The notes below the pieces were generated by a model. That model worked only from the letters and a program-made list of their open reading frames with translations. It was not told the origin of the DNA and made no database searches. DNA of 62,267 nucleotides, filler included, from Nitrospirae bacterium CG2_30_53_67 (lineage in GTDB: Bacteria; CG2-30-53-67), in NCBI GenBank assembly GCA_001873285.1. It is 5 parts of 5 records of this genome, joined end to end, with 100 filler letters (N's around TTAATTAATTAA, not from the genome) between each part and the next. Parts side by side here need not be neighbours in the genome. Positions count along the whole stretch, not along the records: positions 50,707 to 62,267 come from MNYV01000046.1; 4 more parts are not named here. One strand, given 5' to 3'. The first letter of the stretch is position 1. The number at the start of each line of letters is the position of its first letter. Shown one piece after another: positions 56,831 to 62,267 of the stretch. The position numbers and the translations under genes are program-made.

Positions 56831-59800
56831 AACGTCTGCTCATATTCATCCTGCTTCTGTTGGGCATCGTCTTCGGCGCGGCCGGATTTCTCTCCTCTAC
56901 ACAAGGGGGCTTGAAGTGGCTCTTTGCGAGAATAGAGAGATTCATTCCGGGAGAGTTTTCCATAGAAAGCCTTGACGGGCGCCTGGTCGGCCCCATAGAG
57001 ATCACCGGCCTCCGCTACCATACGGAAGAGATAACCGTGGACTTGGACCATCTTATCCTCGACTGGAAACCGGCGGACCTTCTTTTTTTAAAAGCGGACA
57101 TCACGGCATTCCATGCCGAGGGATTGAAGATCAGCATCAAAGAGAAAAAGAAAGTCCGTCCGGCTGAAAGAAAGAAGCCCGCTGACATCCGTATCCCGGT
57201 GCATCTGATGTTCGAGGATGCCCGGATCAGGGGCATCTCCATCCTCCGTTCCGGATCCGAGGCCCCCTGGCTGATCGACGAGGTCTCCATGCGCGCCGGC
57301 ATGGGGCCGGAGTCCATCTCCATCGAGGAGATCCGGGTCTCGTCGTCCCGGTTCACGGCGGGCCTCAAGGGCAAACTCAATCCTCATGGGGATTATCCCA
57401 TGGACCTCGGAATAGAATGGACGGGCCAGCCCCATGGGTTCGCCCGGATCAAGGGTCAAGGTGAGATCAAAGGGACATTGAAAGAACTGAGAGTCGTCCA
57501 TGAGCTGGATGGCCCCTCAGCCGCCCGGCTCCAGGGAACGCTCAGAGATATCCTGGACAGCGGGACTTGGGAAGCGACACTCACGGTCCGGAAATTTCCT
57601 GCCGGAGATCTCCATGCAGGATGGCCTCAAATCGTTCTCGGCGGAGAGCTCAAGGGCCAGGGAGGGTTTTCAGATTTTGATTTGGCAGGGTCCCTGACCA
57701 GCTTCGAGCCCAGGTTCGGGAACGTCTCGTGGGATGTTTCTCTTAAAAAGAGGAATGAAACATGGCAGGTCGAAAAGCTCATCCTGTCGGTCCCGGAGCA
57801 AAGCACCCGGCTGGAAGCTCGCGGGGAGTACGCTCCGGTCAATGGTACGAACTCTTTTAAACTGGAAGGCGGGTGGCGTTCCCTCTCCTGGCCGCTGACC
57901 GGGAAGGACTCCCTGGTCAAGAGTTCCAAGGGCGAGGTCAGCATCCAGGGGACTCCCGAGGATTACCGCATCGATCTTACGGCCAGTGTGTCGGGCAAAG
58001 GCATTCCAAGCGGAGACTGGATTCTGAGCGGCAGGGGGTCCCGAAGCGGACTGTCGATCGGCGCGCTTCATGCCCGGGTGCTCAAAGGGGAATTGAGCGG
58101 CAAAGGGGAGGTGAGCTGGGAACCCCGGGTCGCCTGGGACCTTGCATTGAACGGGAAGGGTCTGGATCCCGGAGCGGCCTGGCCGGAGTGGAAAGGGAAT
58201 CTTTCTGTTGATGCGGCATGTTCGGGAAGTGTGGACAAGGGAAAACCGAAAATCTCCCTCGACATCCGGCAGCTCAAAGGCCAGATGCGCGGCCATTCGT
58301 TTCGGGCACGGTCCCTGCTCGGCATCGAAGGGGACCAATATACCCTGTCCGGTCTGGAACTCACTTCAGGGTCAGCCCGTATCACCGCTTCCGGCACGAT
58401 TGCAGAGAACTGGGATGTGAAGTGGGATATCCATGCGGCGAACCTGGCGGATCTCGCTCCCGGTGGAAAAGGAATGATCACGGGCCAGGGGAGTCTCGCC
58501 GGGCCGAGAAGGCTCCCGAGAATCATCGCCCGGCTCGATGCACAGGATGCGGGTTTCGGAAGGTATGAGGCAGGTGAGTTCAAGGCCGACATGGACATTG
58601 ACTTTCTGGACCGGCAGGATTCACGCCTTGACATCGGATCCAAAGGAATCCTCATGGGTACTCACCAGATCGATTCACTCAGCGTGAAAGGCCGGGGAAA
58701 GGTATCGGCCCACGAGGTCACTCTAAAAATGAAAAAAGAGGAAGATCTGCTGGATCTCCGGATCGAAGGGAGTTTCAGGGACAACCGATGGAGCGGCCTG
58801 TTGAAAAAGGCGGACCTTTCTTCAGAGGCTTTCGGAAGCTGGATCCTCGGAAAACCCGGGGCTTTCACACTCTCTTCTGGGGAAGCGGCGGCCGGACCGT
58901 GGTGCTGGAGCCGGGAAGACGCCGCCGCCTGCATTCATGGGGAGCGGCATGGACAAAGGGATGCCCAACTTGAGGTTTCCCTGGCCGATCTGCCGTTGTC
59001 CACCCTGAATCCCCTGCTCCCCCGGTCGACTGTATTGCAGGGAAAGGTCAGCGGGCGCTCCGGCCTCCAGTACAGCAAAGAGAAGGGCATCACCGGAGAG
59101 CTCACACTCCAGACCTCCCCAGGTGCCCTCAACTACACGACAGGCATGGGGAAAAAGATAAGTCTCGGGTTTGCCGAGGGGAAGTTCGACGCCATACTCA
59201 GCGAACAGGCCTTCACTGCCAAGGCGGGCATTTCAACAGAGGATGAAGATTATATTCGAAGCGAACTGACCCTTCCCGGGTTCTCTCTCCTGAAGGCATC
59301 CAAAGAAAATCAGCCGGTCCATGGGTATTTGCGCGCCCGGATGAAATCGCTCAATCTGATACCCGCTTTTATACCGGCCATTGAAAACATAAGCGGGGCC
59401 TTCAATTCCGATCTTACCTGTTCCGGTACGCTCCAGAGGCCGGTTGTCACTGGCGGGTCCTCCATCGAACATGGGGCTCTAAATCTTCCGGATATAGGTA
59501 TCCGACTCAAGGATGTCGGGCTTTCAGTCTTAAGCGATGGCAACGGGGCCCTCGGGATTGAAGGGAAGGCCGGTTCCGGTGAGGGCACGATCCGGATAGA
59601 CGGAGAGACCCAACTGAAGCCTGAAGAGGGATGGCCGATCGTGGTCAGCATCCAGGGGACGAACTTTGAAGCCGTTAAAACACCTGAGGCAAAGGTCGTG
59701 GTCTCACCGGACCTGAAGCTGATGGTGCGGGGGTATCGTGCAGACCTTGAAGGGAAGCTGATCATTCCCAGGGCAAACCTTGCCCCCCGGGATCTTGCAG

Positions 59801-60576
59801 GGACGGCCAGGGTGTCCAAGGATATCGTGATTGTAAATGGATCCGGTGAAACAAAGGAAGAAAAAAAATGGAAAATATACAGCAAGGTCAGGCTGGTCCT
59901 GGGTGACCAGGTGAAGTTTGACGGGTTCGGTCTCAGCGGGGATATCACAGGGGATATCACCGCCGTGGACGTGCCGGGAAAGCTGACGGCCGGCACCGGA
60001 GAATTGCAGGTTATGCAGGGGCTGTACAAGGCCTATGGGCAAAAGCTAAAAATAGAGAAAGGCCGGCTGGTCTTCTCCGGAGGTTCGATTGACAATCCTG
60101 GCCTGGACGTGAGGGCCACACGCCGGACCGGGGATGTGATTGCCGGAGTCAATGTCCGGGGCACCTTGAAAGATCCGCAGCTTGATCTCTTCTCGACACC
60201 CGCCATGGACCAGGGCGATGCGCTTTCCTATCTTCTGTTTGGCCGGCCCATGCGGCAGGCTTCCGGCGCTGAAGGTCAGCAATTGTATAATGCTGCACTC
60301 TCTCTCGGGTTGAGCGGCGGGGAGAAGCTTGCCAAGCGGATCGGTTCACTCTTCGGCCTGGAGCAACTGGAGGTCGAGGGCGGGGTCACGCCGCAGGAGT
60401 CAGTCCTGGTCATCGGCAAGTACCTCTCACCCAGGCTCTATATCAGTTACGGCATCGGGCTCTTCGAGCCGATCAGCACTGTGCGGACCCGCTACCAGGT
60501 CAGTAGAAAATGGCTGGTGCAGACAGAACTCGGTATCCAGAGCGGAGCGGACCTGCTGTATAAGATCGAACGATAG
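56827..60576 (+). CDS. tamB: Translocation and assembly module TamB
   Basis: N-terminal anchor; C-terminal YKAYGQ.L, LSYLLFG, GKYLSPRLY; ATGA overlap with tamA. Confidence 0.93.
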   Translation: MKRLLIFILLLLGIVFGAAGFLSSTQGGLKWLFARIERFIPGEFSIESLDGRLVGPIEITGLRYHTEEITVDLDHLILDWKPADLLFLKADITAFHAEGLKISIKEKKKVRPAERKKPADIRIPVHLMFEDARIRGISILRSGSEAPWLIDEVSMRAGMGPESISIEEIRVSSSRFTAGLKGKLNPHGDYPMDLGIEWTGQPHGFARIKGQGEIKGTLKELRVVHELDGPSAARLQGTLRDILDSGTWEATLTVRKFPAGDLHAGWPQIVLGGELKGQGGFSDFDLAGSLTSFEPRFGNVSWDVSLKKRNETWQVEKLILSVPEQSTRLEARGEYAPVNGTNSFKLEGGWRSLSWPLTGKDSLVKSSKGEVSIQGTPEDYRIDLTASVSGKGIPSGDWILSGRGSRSGLSIGALHARVLKGELSGKGEVSWEPRVAWDLALNGKGLDPGAAWPEWKGNLSVDAACSGSVDKGKPKISLDIRQLKGQMRGHSFRARSLLGIEGDQYTLSGLELTSGSARITASGTIAENWDVKWDIHAANLADLAPGGKGMITGQGSLAGPRRLPRIIARLDAQDAGFGRYEAGEFKADMDIDFLDRQDSRLDIGSKGILMGTHQIDSLSVKGRGKVSAHEVTLKMKKEEDLLDLRIEGSFRDNRWSGLLKKADLSSEAFGSWILGKPGAFTLSSGEAAAGPWCWSREDAAACIHGERHGQRDAQLEVSLADLPLSTLNPLLPRSTVLQGKVSGRSGLQYSKEKGITGELTLQTSPGALNYTTGMGKKISLGFAEGKFDAILSEQAFTAKAGISTEDEDYIRSELTLPGFSLLKASKENQPVHGYLRARMKSLNLIPAFIPAIENISGAFNSDLTCSGTLQRPVVTGGSSIEHGALNLPDIGIRLKDVGLSVLSDGNGALGIEGKAGSGEGTIRIDGETQLKPEEGWPIVVSIQGTNFEAVKTPEAKVVVSPDLKLMVRGYRADLEGKLIIPRANLAPRDLAGTARVSKDIVIVNGSGETKEEKKWKIYSKVRLVLGDQVKFDGFGLSGDITGDITAVDVPGKLTAGTGELQVMQGLYKAYGQKLKIEKGRLVFSGGSIDNPGLDVRATRRTGDVIAGVNVRGTLKDPQLDLFSTPAMDQGDALSYLLFGRPMRQASGAEGQQLYNAALSLGLSGGEKLAKRIGSLFGLEQLEVEGGVTPQESVLVIGKYLSPRLYISYGIGLFEPISTVRTRYQVSRKWLVQTELGIQSGADLLYKIER

Positions 60577-60715
60577 GAATCAGGAACGTGCGCTTGAGAA
60601 ATTATCATTGACATGATGAAAATTGATATTTAGACTTTGCTATGTGAATGGATTGAGGTTTTATATGGATCTGTACATACATTATGTAGCAGATGACAGG
60701 TTTTGCTGATTGCCT

Positions 60716-61945
60716 ATGGGAACGCACACACCTCCCCCAGCCGACAAGGTGCTGAAGCTGCTCCGGGATTTCCTCCGCCTGGAACCTGCGGGTGGATTAT
60801 TATTAATGTTGGCGGCCGTGTTTGCATTGGTTTTCGCTAACTCACCTCTCGCGGTTTACCACGCTACGCTGCTCAATCTTCCCCTCGAGATCAGGATCGG
60901 CACTTTCGGAATTGTCAAACCCCTGTTGCTCTGGATAAATGACGGCCTGATGGCGGTGTTCTTCTTCCTCGTGGGTATGGAACTGAAGCGGGAGGTGGTT
61001 GAGGGGCACTTATCGAGTCTGCGCCGGGTGAGCCTGCCGGCGTTCGCCGCCAGGGGTGGAATGATAGTGCCCGCGACCTTTTACGCGGCGTTCAACTGGG
61101 GTGATCCCGAAGCGATGAGAGGGTGGGCCATCCCGACGGCGACAGACATTGCCTTCGCGTTGGGGGTGCTTTCACTTCTCGGAAAGCGTGTTCCAACCGG
61201 GCTGAAAGCCTTCCTGATGAGTGTCGCCATCTTCGACGACCTTGGAGCTATCGTCGTGATCGCTATATTCTACACGGCCGAGCTGTCCCTGCTTTCGCTC
61301 GCCATCGCGGCTATTCTGATACTTGGCCTCGCATGCCTCAATCGCCTGGGTGTGATGAAGCCCGCTGCCTATTTCCTCTTTGGCGTTCCGCTGTGGGTGG
61401 CGGTGTTGAAGTCCGGCGTGCATGCCACATTGTCAGGCGTCGTCCTGGCGATGTTCATCCCACTGCGTGTGCCGGAGAGATCTCTTTCTGCACACGCACC
61501 TGAATCGCTGCTTCGCCATCTCGAACACATGCTGCATCCGTGGGTGGCTTTTGGCGTACTGCCGGTCTTCGCGTTCGCCAACGCAGGCATCTCGATAACG
61601 GAAATCTCTTTTGCCGAAGTGCTTCATTCTGTTCCGCTTGGCATCGTGACCGGATTATTTCTCGGCAAGCAGATCGGGGTCCTGGCGATGTGCTGGATTA
61701 CGATACGGTTGGGATTCGCGTCACCTCCTGAAGGAGTCGGCTGGTGGCAACTCTATGGCACCGCGTTACTGTGCGGCATCGGCTTCACCATGAGCCTGTT
61801 CATCGCATCGCTGGCATTCGAACAGGGCAACACAGCCTATCTGGGGCTGGAGCGACTCGGTATTCTGATCGGCACGTTTATTTCAGGATTGTTTGGTTAT
61901 GCCGTGCTTCGCGTGAGCTGGGGCAAGCGTGCCAAGGACACATAG
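60716..61945 (+). CDS. nhaA: Na+/H+ antiporter NhaA
   Basis: WINDGLMAVFF, GWAIP.ATDIAF, IFDD, KSGVHAT, CGIGFTMSLFI. Confidence 0.96.
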   Translation: MGTHTPPPADKVLKLLRDFLRLEPAGGLLLMLAAVFALVFANSPLAVYHATLLNLPLEIRIGTFGIVKPLLLWINDGLMAVFFFLVGMELKREVVEGHLSSLRRVSLPAFAARGGMIVPATFYAAFNWGDPEAMRGWAIPTATDIAFALGVLSLLGKRVPTGLKAFLMSVAIFDDLGAIVVIAIFYTAELSLLSLAIAAILILGLACLNRLGVMKPAAYFLFGVPLWVAVLKSGVHATLSGVVLAMFIPLRVPERSLSAHAPESLLRHLEHMLHPWVAFGVLPVFAFANAGISITEISFAEVLHSVPLGIVTGLFLGKQIGVLAMCWITIRLGFASPPEGVGWWQLYGTALLCGIGFTMSLFIASLAFEQGNTAYLGLERLGILIGTFISGLFGYAVLRVSWGKRAKDT

Positions 61946-62003
61946 GATATAGGACGCGAACTTAGCTAAATCATTGGATGCAGAAAGATAAAAGAGGAAC
62001 ATC

Positions 62004-62052
62004 ATGGATATTCCGACGCTGACAAGATTCTTCATGTGGTGCACAATCAAAC
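62004..62052 (+). pseudogene. N-terminus of a small membrane protein interrupted by an IS3 element
   Basis: GAGG RBS, MDIPTLTRFFMWCTI (recalled as DUF6868-like), then the IS left end. Confidence 0.55.
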
Positions 62053-62267
62053 TGAGGTGGTAGAGTATTTCTGGACACTTTCTTAAGAGTGTATTATTAA
62101 TAACTCAGGAGGTGTCCCATGAGCAAGCAAAGAAGACGTAAGCATTCAAAAGAATTCAAAGAAGAAGCAGTAAAGCTGGTAACGGAACAAGGGTATCAAG
62201 TATCTGAGGCCGCCCGGAATTTGGGAATACATCCCAACGTTCTGGGACGCTGGAAGCAGGAATTAGG
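62053..62267 (+). mobile_element. IS3-family element left end with orfA (62119 to window end)
   Basis: TG-start terminus TGAGGTGG...GGACAC; AGGAGG RBS; MSKQRRRKHSKEFKEEAVKLV...VSEAARNLGI...L.RW HTH. Confidence 0.9.

Overview
Draft-assembly window (five contigs joined by four 100-nt N44-TTAATTAATTAA-N44 spacers) from a GC-rich Gram-negative bacterium, probably a Desulfobacterota/Nitrospirota-like anaerobe (inferred from gene content). The backbone is housekeeping: hemH, rnpB, ClC, pcrA, rsmB, htpX, an arn (L-Ara4N) cluster, a GH13 enzyme, bactofilin, tRNA-Val(CAC), secA, an anaerobic cobalamin operon, MTAP, clpC, an M48 peptidase, dgt, an addB-like gene, tamAB and nhaA. The most notable content is intergenic. 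(1) A multi-copy element has ~28-bp imperfect terminal inverted repeats, an 8-bp target duplication and inner inverted arrays of GGGTCAAG units; one copy carries an internally deleted four-helix-bundle gene. (2) GGGGTC..GACCCC-ended mini-elements surround two nucleotidyltransferase toxin genes, including a toxin-first AbiE pair. (3) REP-like palindromes are nested inside one another. (4) Several short 7/9-mer repeat scars occur. Coding anomalies include a cbiG-cbiH fusion with a 1-nt frameshift, an ald gene lacking ~100 codons, a nitrilase-family gene with an apparent ATC start and Gln at the catalytic Glu position, and a GATase-like gene inside the cob operon. All family assignments come from motif recognition, not database searches.
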